A stretch of 63,961 bases of DNA, the filler included, from Octopus bimaculoides (Eukaryota): the NCBI RefSeq assembly GCF_001194135.2. It is 4 parts of 4 records of this genome, joined end to end, with 100 filler letters (N's around TTAATTAATTAA, not from the genome) between each part and the next. Parts side by side here need not be neighbours in the genome. Positions count along the whole stretch, not along the records: positions 35,813 to 62,717 come from NC_068984.1; 3 more parts are not named here. One strand, given 5' to 3'. The position numbers and the translations under genes are program-made. Below the pieces are notes generated by a model. That model searched no databases. It was not told where the DNA came from and worked only from the letters and a program-made list of their open reading frames with translations. Position 1 is the stretch's first letter. The number at the start of each line of letters is the position of its first letter. Below are positions 48,121 to 60,587 of the stretch, one piece after another.

Positions 48121-50169
48121 TATATTAGTAGAAAATTGCTGAATGTTATGAACCGGTGCTGATTGGTCCCGGCTGTGTTCATTAGTTAACTTTCATTCCC
48201 TGGGCAATGTATACATTACCAGTCTTTATGCAGTGGAGTGAGTTAACACTTAAAAAGTGCTATGATCCATGCAAATGACTGCACAATTAAAATCTATCTG
48301 GCTTTGTTAAACAGATAAAAGAAAACAATGTGAGAGCTTTTATGTAGTTGCATGGCAACTTCTCCTAAATAAGTCAAGTCACATTTGAACTACTCCTCTC
48401 AGTGTCACTGCACAATATAGCAACCCCTTTGCTTAGTGTACTGGGTATTTTTAAAATTCTCTTTTTTTACACCTGCTCTAATAAGGTCATTTTGTAACTA
48501 GCAAGGCTAGAGAGGCTCCACAATTACATCATGATTCTCCAATGTCTGCTTTGGTATGGTTTCTACTGCTGGAGACCCTTTCAAATGCCATAGAGTGATT
48601 TTTGTCTGCATTTTTTTCATGCCACCAGTACTACTGAGGTTGCTATGGGCTCACAAAACTATGAACCTTGAGGATGGTGGGAGTAAGGTTAAGTTAGGAG
48701 GTGAGGGGTTAAAGTATGAGAGTGGGTGCACAACAGGTTCTTGTTGTAGAGAAGCTAGATAGCTATTCACATTTAGAAGAGACGATGAGAATTATCAGTA
48801 GCAAAGAGATACCGTATTTTAACATGTATAAGGAACCCCCTAATTTTTGGGGCTTAAAATTTGGAAAAAAGGTTTTGTAAGGAATTAGGTAAATTTTGAC
48901 AAGTACACCTGTAATGCATTTCATTTATGTGTGGGAAAAACCATTCCTCTTCATAAAACGGAAGCACCATATAGGCGTTCCTTTAAAAGCAGTTGTCTCT
49001 TCTGTCTCTTGTCCTTTGCTCTTTTTTTTTTATCTCCTGAGCAATTCTTCTTCCTTGATCAATAAGGATCTTTTCAATGTTTCAATTATTGAGCTATGAG
49101 CATGCTGAACCTTTAAGGGTACAGTCAATTATATCTGACTGGTATTTAGTTTTCAACCTGAGGAGGAACGAAGGGCAAAATAGATCTGAATAACACTGTG
49201 CTATGCTGATTCTGCTACCCACCACTTCATACCTGACAGGAATTGTCATGATCTCATGGGACCTTGAAACCTTCTACACTGCTAGTTTCCAACATAATGA
49301 AATTAAATCCATACACACACACAGAGAAACACACATAATGGGCTCCTTTCAGTTTCCATCTTCTAAATCCACTCACAAGGTTATGATCAGCCTGGAACTA
49401 CAGTAGAAAACTCTAATCCAAGACGCACCCAGAACCATGTGAATAGGGAGGCAAACTGCTTATCACACAGCCATGCCTCCACCTATATATATATCCATCA
49501 CATGCAAGCATAAGAAAACAGATGTTAGACAACTGGATGAATAACTTGGTTTGTGCATATGTGGCAATATGCACATGTATGCACATGTAGGTATACAGGA
49601 GAAAGAGAAATGTAGTGAAACAGTCGTTCTTGCTGCAGCTATTTCTGCAAGCATCATTACTGCCATTCTAATAATTTGTTGCATATGTCTAACTCTTGCC
49701 AAGTCTTTTTGTGCAGTTTGGTTTGGCATTAGGCACAGGCATGGCTGTGTGGTTAAGAAGTTTGCTTTGCAACCATGTGGTTTTGAGTTCAGTCCCACTG
49801 CTCGGCACCTCGGGCAAGTTTTAGGTTGACCAATACCTTGTGAGTGAATTTGGTAGATGGAAACTGTGTGGAAGCCTGTCATGTGTTTCTCTCTCTCCAC
49901 CACTTGACAAATGGTGTTGGTTTGTTTGTGTCTATAACTTAGCGTTTCATCCACAGAGACCGATAAAATAGGTGCCAAGTTTTAAAAAATAATGCAGTCG
50001 ATTTTTCTTTTCCATTTCTAGTTTCAGCTTGTGAGCTGTGGTCATGCTGGGGCCCTACCATTTTGTTCAATTAAAGCTCTTCAAGATGGTGTCCTAGCAT
50101 GGCCACAGTGCAATGCTCCCCACCTCCCCCTTTCTCTGTCTTCTGTTACTATGTTCTTTTCTATTCACC

Positions 50170-50603
50170 TTCTTGGATATGTTACTTTGAGGATACATTT
50201 TGGTTCCTTGTCACCTTCATCTTTGTCTCTCCTTCACACACTGGAGTTACACCGATTTTCCTTCTACTCAACCTACCCCACCATGCCCATCACTAATCCC
50301 TCACCTCTTTTCCATTTTACTGCTCCCTTCTTCAATTCTGTCTGCATGTAGGCGGTGAGCTGGTAGAAACATTAGCACACCGGGTGAAATGCTTAGCGGT
50401 ATTTCGTCTGTCTTTATGTTCTGAGTTCAAATTTTGCCGCGGTCAACTTTGCCTTTCATCCTTTCGGGGTCGACAAAATAAGTACCAGTTGCATACTGAG
50501 GTTGAGTAGAAGGAAAATCGGTGTAACTCCAGTGTGTGAAGGAGAGACAAAGATGATGGTGACAAGGAACCAAAATGTATCCTCAAAATAACATATCCAA
50601 GAA
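50170..50603. repeat. 105-bp inverted duplication (50170-50274 / 50499-50603)
   Basis: 103 of 105 bases identical in inverted orientation; the spacer contains a truncated SINE. Confidence 0.95.
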
Positions 50604-50829
50604 TTTTAGAATTTTCATGCAGACAAGTGTCGTTTCTCTAAGTAACATTGTGGATAGTGTGTCTTGATTTTATTGGATGGAAATCTATTATGCCCTCTCT
50701 GTGTGTGCTGTATTTGATGGTATATAAAATGCCTTATTCCCACCCTACCAAAAACAATGTTGCAAAAACATTGTCCTAGGTTCTATAGGCAAGATTGCTT
50801 TAAATATTTCATGCTTTAATGCATTACTC

Positions 50830-51235
50830 TTTACTCTTTTACTTGTTTCAGTCATTTGACTGCGGCCATGCTGGAGCACCGCCTTTAGTCGAGCAAATCA
50901 ACCCCAGGACTTACTCTTTGTAAGCCTAGTACTTACTCTATTGGTCTCTTTTCCGAACCGCTAAGTTACGGGAACGTAAACACACCAGCATCGGTTGTCA
51001 AGCGATGTTGGGTGGGGGACAAACACAGACACACAAACATATACACACACACATACATATATATATACACATATATACGACAGGCTTCTTTCAGTTTCCG
51101 TCTACCAAATATACTCACAAGGCTTTGGTCGGCCCGAGGCTATAGTAGAAGACACTTGCTTAAGGTGCCACGCAGTGGGACTGAACCCAGAACCATGTGG
51201 TTGGTAAGCAAGCTACTTGCCACACAGCCACTCCT
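50830..51235 (-). mobile_element. SINE family A copy (near full length) in PREP intron 1
   Basis: Reverse complement of the family consensus seen at 52040-52515. Confidence 0.9.
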
Positions 51236-51345
51236 GTGTCTTAAAAACTTTCTTTTCAGAATATCTGCTGCTGATATTGGGCTGGGTCTAATCTGCTTCT
51301 GTCTCTTTTATGCCATCATTTACAGTGTGTATATGTGTATATATA

Positions 51346-51378
<33 letters not shown>

Positions 51379-52286
51379 TGTTAATTTTATTCATCTCAAA
51401 ATTGAGATTTTGGCCAGTGCTCTACCCATTCTGTTTCTACTGCCCAACCTCTGCAAATTATGTTAAGCATTATACATCTGTGAAATCATAAGCTTTTTTA
51501 GGAAATGGTATATACCTACTTTTACATTTTGAAGTTGATGGTGAGACAGATTGTATACTGATGGTGTTTATGAAGGCCAACTCAGGTGTTCAGTATTTGA
51601 CGGTGAGGAGTGGAATGCTGTTAGAATTACATTTTGTATGTAACCAGTAAGTAGAGAACCTGTAACACAATGACCATAATTATAGGTAAGTGGTAAGAGT
51701 TTATGATTAGAAGATAGGTTTGGAAGGTAGAAAGAAGCAAATATTCTGCTAACCGAACCTTCTGGATTTGAGGAACGGCAAGTAGGATGATTCAACAAAA
51801 ATTGGTTGAGGTGTGTTTGGCAATAAACCAGAATATGTAAATATGAATGTGTTGGAACAAAAGAAAAATCTCTAGTTGTGAATTTGATGAAGGCATCTTC
51901 TTCTGTTACTGATGGTCAACTTCTATACAGGTTGTGTGTGAATCTAAAATAGGTTTAACAATATTTTGGCCTGTTCTTATTTGTAAGAATTTGTATTCTA
52001 TTCCAAGTTTAACATCCAGTTTTCTATTCTAGAACTGATTGTAGCTGTGTAGTAAGTAGCTTGCTTACCAACCACATGGTTCTGGGTTCAGTCCCACTGC
52101 ATGGCACCTTCGGCAAGTGTCTTCTATAGCCTCAAGCCAACCAAAGCCTTGTGAGTGGATTTGGTAGACGGAAACTGAAAGAAGCCCGTTGTATATATAT
52201 ATATACATACATACATACATACCGAAGGACTTGGTAAAAATTATTAATTTATTAATAAATTGATAATCCTTTACCCTTTTAATTGT

Positions 52287-52324
<38 letters not shown>

Positions 52325-55040
52325 GTGTCGTTTGTCCCCCCTCACCTGCGCTTGACAACCGATGTTGGTGTGTTTACGGTCCCCGTAACTTTGCGGTTCA
52401 GCAAAAGGTACTGGTAGAATAAGTACTAGGCTTACAAAGAATTTGTTCATTTAAAAAGGCAGTGATCCAGCATGGCCGCAGTCAAATGACCGAACCAAAT
52501 AAGAGAATAAAAGAATAGTTCTGAAATTAAGATTTTGCATGGAGCTTCTCTTTTACTTTAGTGATTGAACTGCAATCATGGAGGGGGGGGGGACACTACC
52601 TTGAAAGGGTTTAGCCAAAGAAATCACCTCCAGTACTTATTTTTTTTATGTCTGCTACTTATTCTAATTCTATCTTATTCTTTTAGTCTCATTTGCTGAA
52701 CTGTTAAGTAACGGATATGCAAAGGAGCTGATTCCCATTCAAGCAGTGGGAGAAGAATAAAACACGAACACACACACACACACATTCACAAAAGACTGGC
52801 TTCCACACAGTGCCTGCAGCAGGACTGAATCCAAGACCATCAGAATTTATTGAAACGTAGACTGTAATTTCTTTATAGATATTATCATAAAAAGGATTGA
52901 TGATTATTGATTTATTGAATCACTAAATGACGATATGGTTATATCATCTCTAATAATCTTTACCAGAAGTCAGCAGCACTTTGTTGTAAAAATCTATTGA
53001 TGCAATATGATGACCTATACTGAAAGGCCAAATGTATTTCAAATTTGTTGATGACATTGCTTCTGGTTTTATCCCGTTATAGATTATATTTCCTAGTTAG
53101 TTCTCTCTAAATGACTGGCTTTTTAAAACCATTAGAATTTAGGTTGTAATCTTCCCCTTCTTATTTAACTATATAAAAGTTAAGAGGGATTTCTGATGAA
53201 GGCCATTGATATTGTCAGATTTTTAATATGTTTCTTATTTAATATTTATACAAATAAAGTAAAAAAAAAAAAATTACAATTAAAATAAATCCTTAATAAA
53301 ATAAAAAAGAAATAATCAACAAATTTGTATCCACATCTCCCCCCCCCCCACCGATTTTCTATTTTCTGTTAAGTTATTCAGTTCAAACGGCTAATGGAAC
53401 AACAGTTAATCCTACTCTCTCTCTGTTTGGCAGCTTTTGCTTACTGCCTCCTCTCTGCTTAGCACTCACCTTTTCCTCGTATAATATAATATCTGAACCC
53501 CTCTTCTATGAAATACATAGTGCCATTAATATCCTACATAACTGTATTTGTTTACTTTGAAGTAAACAAACGTCTATTTTGTATGAACTTCAAACCCGCA
53601 GAAGTCATTCTGAACTCACTTGACACAAATATTCCAATAAATCTTTCTCTAAATGCATATTGTTTTATCACGATTAGTAGAGTACTCTTGTTTCTAAGTA
53701 GTGCACGTGTCAAAATTTTGAGCTTGTACCATTAAATTATTTGCTAATTAGGTCTTGAAATTATCTAATAATCAGATTTGTTTTTGTTTTTTGTTTTATT
53801 TAGGAAAACGTGTACGCTCTAATCAATGAATTGGCGTGGCTAATACCTTTCAGTTTCTATGTACTTGAGCTGATAAACACACAGGAGGAAATTGTTTTAT
53901 TTCCTAATGACTTGTATAATATAATCTTTATAACCACTTTACAGCCAGCCTTTCAGATTAAGTTCAGTTAGATTAGTTTGGATAACAGCTAGTCCACACA
54001 TCTGATCCATTTAAAAAATTTTTTTCTGTTGGTCATGGTTTGTTGCAGATTACATAATTACATAATCTGATTAGTGAAGCCAATCAACCATATAAAAGTG
54101 CATAAGAAATTCTTTCACCTTATGGAATTAGTTAATTAGTAAATTTCCACTAATTAAAAATTAAACGCTTGCTTGTTAATCTAGTTCCTCCCATTTTTCA
54201 ACACGCCACTGTAGTGGTTTATATCAAATGTAATCATAGATTTTCTTAGTCGTATGACATTGGAATTGACCAATTTTTAAAAAAAAACTTCTTCTCTCTA
54301 ATACCTCGTAGTTCAATAAAGGTTGTTACAGGTATCCTAATTTATCACAGATTCAATCATCATTGATCTGGGATAGCATGGTGTGTTCATACCTTTCATG
54401 GATTGATCTGTGATAAGACAGGCTGGTGATCAGTGCTTGTACCACAAAAACTTGTCCCAGTAACCATCCACAATGCTCAGCTATCCAGAAAGCACTATCA
54501 CTTGCATTTACATGACATTACTTCAAGGTTGTGTATCTTTTATATGGATTTTATGTACTTGTTTGTACCCATTAATATAAGACCGTTGTTTATCATCATC
54601 GTTTAATGTCCACCTTCCATGCTAGCATGGGTGGGACGGTTTCACAAGAGCCAGCCAGGCAGAAGCCTGCACCATTTCTGTGACTTTGTCTTTCATCCTT
54701 TCAGAGTCAGTGAAATAAATACCAGTTGAGCACTGGGGTTGATGTAATTGAATTAGCCCCTGCCCCCAAACTGCTGGCTTTGTGCCAAAATTTGAAACCA
54801 TTATTATTGGCTGAATTGTTAGCATGCTGGGCAAAATGCTTAGTGGCATTTCATCCGTTTTTACGTTCCGTGTTCAAATTCTATTGAAATCACCTTTCCC
54901 TTTCATCCCTTTTGGGTTGATAAAACGAACACCAGTCAAGCACCGGGGTTGATTAATTGATTTCCCCACCATACAAACTTGCTGGCTTTGTGCCAAAATT
55001 TGAAATCATTATTATTATTAACCCAATTATAATTGTCTAG

Positions 55041-55168
55041 GTTGCAGATCCTTACCGATGGTTAGAAGATCCTGACGCTGAAGAAACCATTGCATTTGTT
55101 GATGCTCAGAATTCTATCAGCCACCCATTTATTGAGCAGTGTCCTCATCGTCAGAAGATACAAGAAAG
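55041..55168 (+). CDS. PREP: PREP exon 2
   Basis: Acceptor ttgtctag|; reads [42 protein letters not shown] (the classic DPY.WLEDPD motif). Donor AG|GTTTGT, phase 2. Confidence 0.97.
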
Positions 55169-55344
55169 GTTTGTTGAAATGTCTTCTTTGAGAGCTACAT
55201 TTTAAAATACTGTTCATATTGCTGTTTTATTAATTCAATTTCTTTTTTAAATATTAATTTAATAGAGCAGGTAATTTTTTTTTTCTTTTAAAGTTCTCCA
55301 GTACTAAGGCATTGAAATAATTAGGTGATATTAGTTCAATTAAT

Positions 55345-55732
55345 GTGGAGGCGCAATGGCCCAGTGGTTAGGGCAGCAGACTCGTGGTCATAGGATCGCG
55401 GTTTCGATTCCCAGACCAGGCGTTGTGAGTGTTTATTGAGTGAAGACACCTAAAGCTTCACGAGGCTCTGGCAGTGGGGTTGTGGCGAACCCTGCTGTAC
55501 TCTTCCACCACAACTTTCTCTCACTCTTACTTCCTGTTTCTGTAGTGCCTGTAATTGAAAGGGTCAGCTTTGTCACACTGTGTCACGCTGAATATCCCCG
55601 AGAACTACGTTAAGGGTACACGTGTCTGTGGAGTGCTCAGCCACTTGCACGNNNNNNNNNNNNNNNNNNNNNNNNNNNNNNNNNNNNNNNNNNNNNNNNN
55701 NNNNNNNNNNNNNNNNNNNNNNNNNNNNNNNN
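55345..55732 (+). mobile_element. Second copy of the same SINE (3' end in gap)
   Basis: High similarity to 59909-60291; TSD GTTCAATTAAT before the element and at 55733-55743. Confidence 0.9.
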
Positions 55733-56734
55733 GTTCAATTAATAGTTGATTTAAATTATTGTGGATTGAGTTTGAAGCTGGTAACATCAGTTGTGTTTTC
55801 CACATGGATGCAGTTTCAGAGGGAATGACCTAGGAAAATTTGTAGGTCTAGTAAAAAATACCAGCTTGGTGTCTGGTATAAGTTCACCAAATGCTACAAT
55901 ATAAAAATGGTTAGTAAAGATAACCACACAACATTGTCCATTGCGTGTGTTAACAAGGGATGCATTTGGATCTTAGGTAGAAGAGTTGGTTTGAAAAATA
56001 CTTTCTGGTCTCCATCCAATGCCGGTACAATCAGCAATAAACATGTGACTTGTTCTGGGAAGTGTAGGGTGGAAGCACAATGGTTGCATGTCACTGGGAC
56101 CCTGAAGTGGGTCCAGGAAGGAACAGCTGTTAATGATTGGGAGAAAGTGTAATGATGGTGCTTTTGATAGGATCCTACGAAGGAGGTGTCTGAAGACTAT
56201 TACCACAAGATTCCCAGAAATAATAAGTGGAGAAAATGTTTGGGTCGATATTTCTTCCGTCTTTACGTTCTGAGTTCAAATTCTGCTGAGGTTAACTTTG
56301 CCTTTCATCCTTTCAGGGTCGATAAATTAAGTACCAGTTGTGTACTGGGGTCTATCTAATTGACTGGGCCCCTCCCCCCAAATTTCGGGCCTTGTGCCTA
56401 GAGTAGAAAAGAATATTTTAAAGTCCTTTTACATTCTGTGACTTAAGATCTGTGACTTAGCCTTTCAATAAGTGCCAGTCATGTAGTGAGTTGCACCATT
56501 ATATAAAGTCTTACAGAATTTGCTCTGAAGCTAGAAACATTCCTTTATAAGTTCAAATTCCTCTTGGATTATTGATTTTGTCTTCCATCTCTTTAGGCTA
56601 AGTTCTGTATACCCAGCATTGAACTGAAGTTGATCCACCTGATCCTATAAACATTTGCTTTATGAATAGTTTATACATATTATTTAAATATGTAATAGAT
56701 GTTTTTTCTTCATTGCTTTTATTATTTCTTTCAG

Positions 56735-56830
56735 CTTGACAGAGAAATGGAACTTTGCTAAATACAGCTCACCTGCCGAGCATGGGGGATCCTATTATTA
56801 CTATTGCAATTCTGGCTTACAGAATCAGAG
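56735..56830 (+). CDS. PREP: PREP exon 3
   Basis: Acceptor tttctttcag|; reads LTEKWNFAKYSSPAEHGGSYYYYCNSGLQNQ. Donor AG|GTCAGT, phase 2-2. Confidence 0.97.
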
Positions 56831-57976
56831 GTCAGTACTTGCAGCTTTTCAGTTGAGATTTTTCTTAGAATATATTTGTATTTTCACTGAATTTAAGATA
56901 AAGTTACTGCTGCTTATTTTGTTTTCTTTTTCTACTATTTGATACATAGGTGCAGGAGTGGCTGGTGGTTAAAAAGCTTGCTTTCCAATCATGTGAACTT
57001 GAGTTCAGTCCCATTGCATGACACCTTGGGCGAGAATTTTTAGTGCATTAAAGCATGTCTTGTGGGCTTAACTTTGCATATAGGACCCAGGGAGATTGTT
57101 TTTCTTGAGAGAAAAACTGTCATATATGCCATCAAATATGCAACTAGTTTTACATTTTTCTGTGACTTCCGTGGAGTCTTGTAGTGTTCCAACCACTTCA
57201 TAAAGTGCATTGAAGTGAGAGGATCCTACTGTGAAGGAGCTCAGAGTTTTGTACTTCTTCAAATTAATAAATGTCATTCCTTAAAACAAGTTTCAAAACT
57301 TCTGGAATGCATTGTGTTTTTAGGGAGAAGTATTTGTGATGGTACTTATTTATACCTCTGTAGACGGTATACATTAAGCCAAAATCACTTATGCATCTTG
57401 ACCATGGATATAGTTTGGCACTGGTGACAGAATATAGACAATAACTATTCAGTTGATTGGTCTGTGGTTTCTCTCTGGTAATACATTGTTACAAATGTTT
57501 TCTCATTCAAGTAATTCATCATCATCATCATCTTCAGTTTAATGTCCACTTTCCCATGCTTGCATGGATTGGATGGAATTTGTTGAGGCGGATTTTTTTT
57601 ATGGCCAGATGCTCTTCCTGTTACTAATCCTTTCCAGTTTCCAAGGAAGGTAATATTTCCCCTTGACTAGACATGTTTCATGGAAGATTGGAAATGGACA
57701 CTGCTTGCATGATAATAAATTTGTTTACTTGTGTCATATGATGTCATGGCAAGGAGACAGTAATACGCATGCACACACATACACATGCACACGTGCACAC
57801 ACACAATAGGCTTCTTTCAGTCTACATCTACCAAATCTACTCGCAGTGGGACTGAACCCAAAACCAAGTGATTAGGGAGGCAAACTTCTTACCATACAAC
57901 CACAGCTGTGCCTAAAAATTGTGCATCAAAGTAAAATGAAGGATTGTTAGTATTTTCTTTTTTTTTTCTTTTTTAG

Positions 57977-58145
57977 TGTTTTGTATGTTCAGGATGACTT
58001 GAAAAGTGAACCCTGTGTGTTTCTAGATCCCAACTCCTTGTCTGAAGATGGCACCCTGTCAATCAGTGGCACAGCCTTCTCTGAGGATGGTTCCTATTTT
58101 GCTTATGGACTCAGTAAATGTGGTTCAGACTGGATCACAATACAG
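57977..58145 (+). CDS. PREP: PREP exon 4
   Basis: Acceptor after a long T tract; reads [56 protein letters not shown]. Donor CAG|GTTGGT, phase 0. Confidence 0.98.
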
Positions 58146-58894
58146 GTTGGTATCCGGAAAGTTTACCTGGATTTATGAGGAACAAACATTAGTAAAACTC
58201 TTGGTCTTTAATTTCCTGTCTTGCAAGACATGAATTGGAGAAAGCTTAACAGACAATTATAGACTGTAATTTGAATAATTAACTTAGTGTAAAATTATTG
58301 TTACATGAAACATTAAGAAGATTACTAGAAAACTGAGAAGAAAGAAAGAAAATAATGTTAGTCAAAGGCAGATGTTCCGATATTTTGATATTATTAAATC
58401 CTACATTTTGATATTATTCTGACCTCCTTAGTGGTGTATAGCTCCAACTAAGAATATTTCGGTAGTATTTAAGTACTGAGAGGCTGTATTTATACGTGTG
58501 TGTGTGTGTGTGTGCGTGTGCGTGTGCGTGCGCGTGCGCGTGCGTGCGCGCGAGAGAATTTATATAAATGAGGATAAGATCGTTATTTAAAATACCGATC
58601 ATATCAAATGGCTAGCATGAGAATAAAAACCTTAAAGGTAATAATTATTATTAAAATTGTAATAAAATTGTAATAAAATTATAATAAAGGGTATCTAAAA
58701 GATCTTTAGATACCCTTTTAAGAGGAAATTTGAATATTAGTTGAAAATTATTTTTGTTGCATTGATTTAACTTTGAATTTTTATTATGAAAATGGCCATT
58801 TTATGAATTTTAAATTATACATAATGAAAAGTTTGCAAGCATTAATTTGCTTAAAATCATTAAAAACGTGTATATGAATTTCTATTTCTTTCAG

Positions 58895-58996
58895 TTCAAA
58901 AAAGCTCCTTCTGGTGAAGATCTTCCTGATACACTAAAGCATGTAAAATTCTCAAGCATGGCATGGACTCATGATAACAAAGGAATGTTTTACAAC
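58895..58996 (+). CDS. PREP: PREP exon 5
   Basis: Acceptor tttctttcag|; reads [34 protein letters not shown]. Donor AAC|GTAAGT, phase 0-0. Confidence 0.98.
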
Positions 58997-59010
58997 GTAA
59001 GTATTATTAA

Positions 59011-59371
59011 AGAAGTGATTTTAAATTCTCAAACGCAGGATAATGCTAATAATATAGCCTGAACAGGATAAACTACCCCTATTTTGCAGAAAAAAGTGTA
59101 GGTGTCCAGCTATGAGACTCGAACTCGTACCTCCGTGATTACGCGTCGCGCTGCTCTAACCGATTAAGCTAAACTACCCACCTCAAATTCTTCTGCAAAT
59201 TTAAGATGTATAGAAATCTCACTTTATGAGACGCTATCATACGTTAAATTCAAATTACGATGAATGTAAACAAACAAATGACGTTTGCTTTAGAACCGTT
59301 GAGATGTCTTAGAAAGTTAGAGAAGTGATTTTAAATTCTCAAACGCAGGATAATGCTAATAATATAGCCTG
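59011..59371. repeat. Perfect 51-bp direct repeat (59011-59061 / 59321-59371) around a 259-bp insert
   Basis: AGAAGTGATTTTAAATTCTCAAACGCAGGATAATGCTAATAATATAGCCTG occurs twice, 310 bp apart. Confidence 0.97.
59104..59178 (-). pseudogene. tRNA-Thr(CGT)-like sequence (SINE head or tRNA pseudogene)
   Basis: A box TAGCTTAATCGGTTAGAGC, anticodon loop CG-CGT-AA, B box GAGTTCGAGTC, downstream T6 (59090-59095). The acceptor stem pairs only partly and the anticodon and T stems have mismatches. Confidence 0.7.
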
Positions 59372-59584
59372 TTTCTTTTTTTTTTTTTAAATAGTTTTTT
59401 CTAAAGAATCTAATGATCTTCATCTCAGGTATATTTGGTGTTTGGGGTTAGCATTTCTGACAATGTCTCTACAACAATTCATTGAACCTTGGTTAAAATT
59501 TGTCATTTACGTTTAGATGCATTCTCTTATTAAAACCGAGCTGTTCTGATTACATTCATCTGTTGTTCTCTTTCGTTTCTGCAG

Positions 59585-59724
59585 AGATATCCTGTTGAAG
59601 GCAAATCAGATGGCACAGAGACAACCACCAATCTGTATAATAAGCTATATTACCACAGGTTGGGCACTGATCAAGACGAAGACCTGTTGACAGTTCAGTT
59701 TCAAAATGAGCCGAAATGGAAAAT
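59585..59724 (+). CDS. PREP: PREP exon 6
   Basis: Acceptor tttctgcag|; reads [46 protein letters not shown] plus AT. Donor AT|GTAAGT, phase 2. The next canonical PREP exon was not found in the window. Confidence 0.98.
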
Positions 59725-59908
59725 GTAAGTTGTTAGCTGAGGGTTTTATATTTAACAGCTAACGTGATGCTGATGGTAATTTGACATCCAGCTCTTAGTT
59801 AGCTGTTTAGCCCCCAGGTCATTTCTAATAAAACAGATATCACACTTGCATTTCATTGATGACCATCTGGTCATTTTTTTTGTTTTTACACAAAGTATCA
59901 TCACCATC

Positions 59909-60291
59909 GTGGAGGCACAATGGCCCAGTGGTTAGGGCAGCGGACTCACGGTCATAGGATCGCGGTTTAGATTCCCAGACCGGGCGTTGTGAGTGTTTAT
60001 TGAGCGAAAACACCTAAAGCTCCATGAGGCTCCGGCAGGAGATGGTGGCGAACCCTGCTGTACTCTCTCACCACAAATTTCTCTCGCTCTTACTTCCTGT
60101 TTCTGTTGTGCCTGTAATTCAAAGGGTCAGCCTTGTCACACTGTCACGCTGAATATCCCCGAGAACTACGTTAAGGGTACACGTGTCTGTGGAGTGCTCA
60201 GCCACTTGCACGTTAATTTCACGAGCAGGCTGTTCTGTTGATCGGATCAACTGGAACCCTCGACGTCGTAAGCGACGGAGTGCCAACAACT
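59909..60291 (+). mobile_element. Full-length tRNA-derived SINE (Arg-like head) with 11-bp TSD
   Basis: A/B boxes TGGCCCAGTGG / GGTTTAGATTCC; 3' stem-loop CGTCG-TAAG-CGACG and a CAA tail; TSD TCATCACCATC at 59898-59908 and 60292-60302. Confidence 0.92.
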
Positions 60292-60587
60292 TCATCACCA
60301 TCATTTCATGTTCCTTTTGCCATGTTAGCATGTCCAAAATCCAAATGACTGTTATTTTCAGATGTTTAAAAGTCTTTCCACTTTCAATTTGAAGTTAATT
60401 TTTTTCTACATATGTAGATAATATATTCAGATGATATATTGAAAATTTTCAAATGATATTTTTTAAATGTAAAACTTATATTTTATTCTTTTTAAATATT
60501 ATTTTCTATAAATTTCAATCTTTAACTGTGGTCAGTTTTCAACTTGGCATGTTCTACTGACCGACAACTTCGCTCTTTTCCATCCAG

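Noticed and set aside
20607-53199. Other CTGATGA hits (20607, 24314, 33273, 35179, 53193) as hammerheads
   Set aside because: No convincing helix II plus GAAA plus UH plus helix I combination could be built.
59104-59178. Functional tRNA-Thr gene
   Set aside because: Acceptor stem pairs at only about 5 of 7 positions, anticodon and T stems have mismatches, and U33 is replaced by G.
60544-60587. TTG start of the 552-aa ORF, and the hydrophobic tail 62112-62202 as a membrane anchor
   Set aside because: These segments coincide with the branch point and pyrimidine tract and with T-rich post-donor sequence; best read as intron, though a terminal-exon isoform is not excluded.
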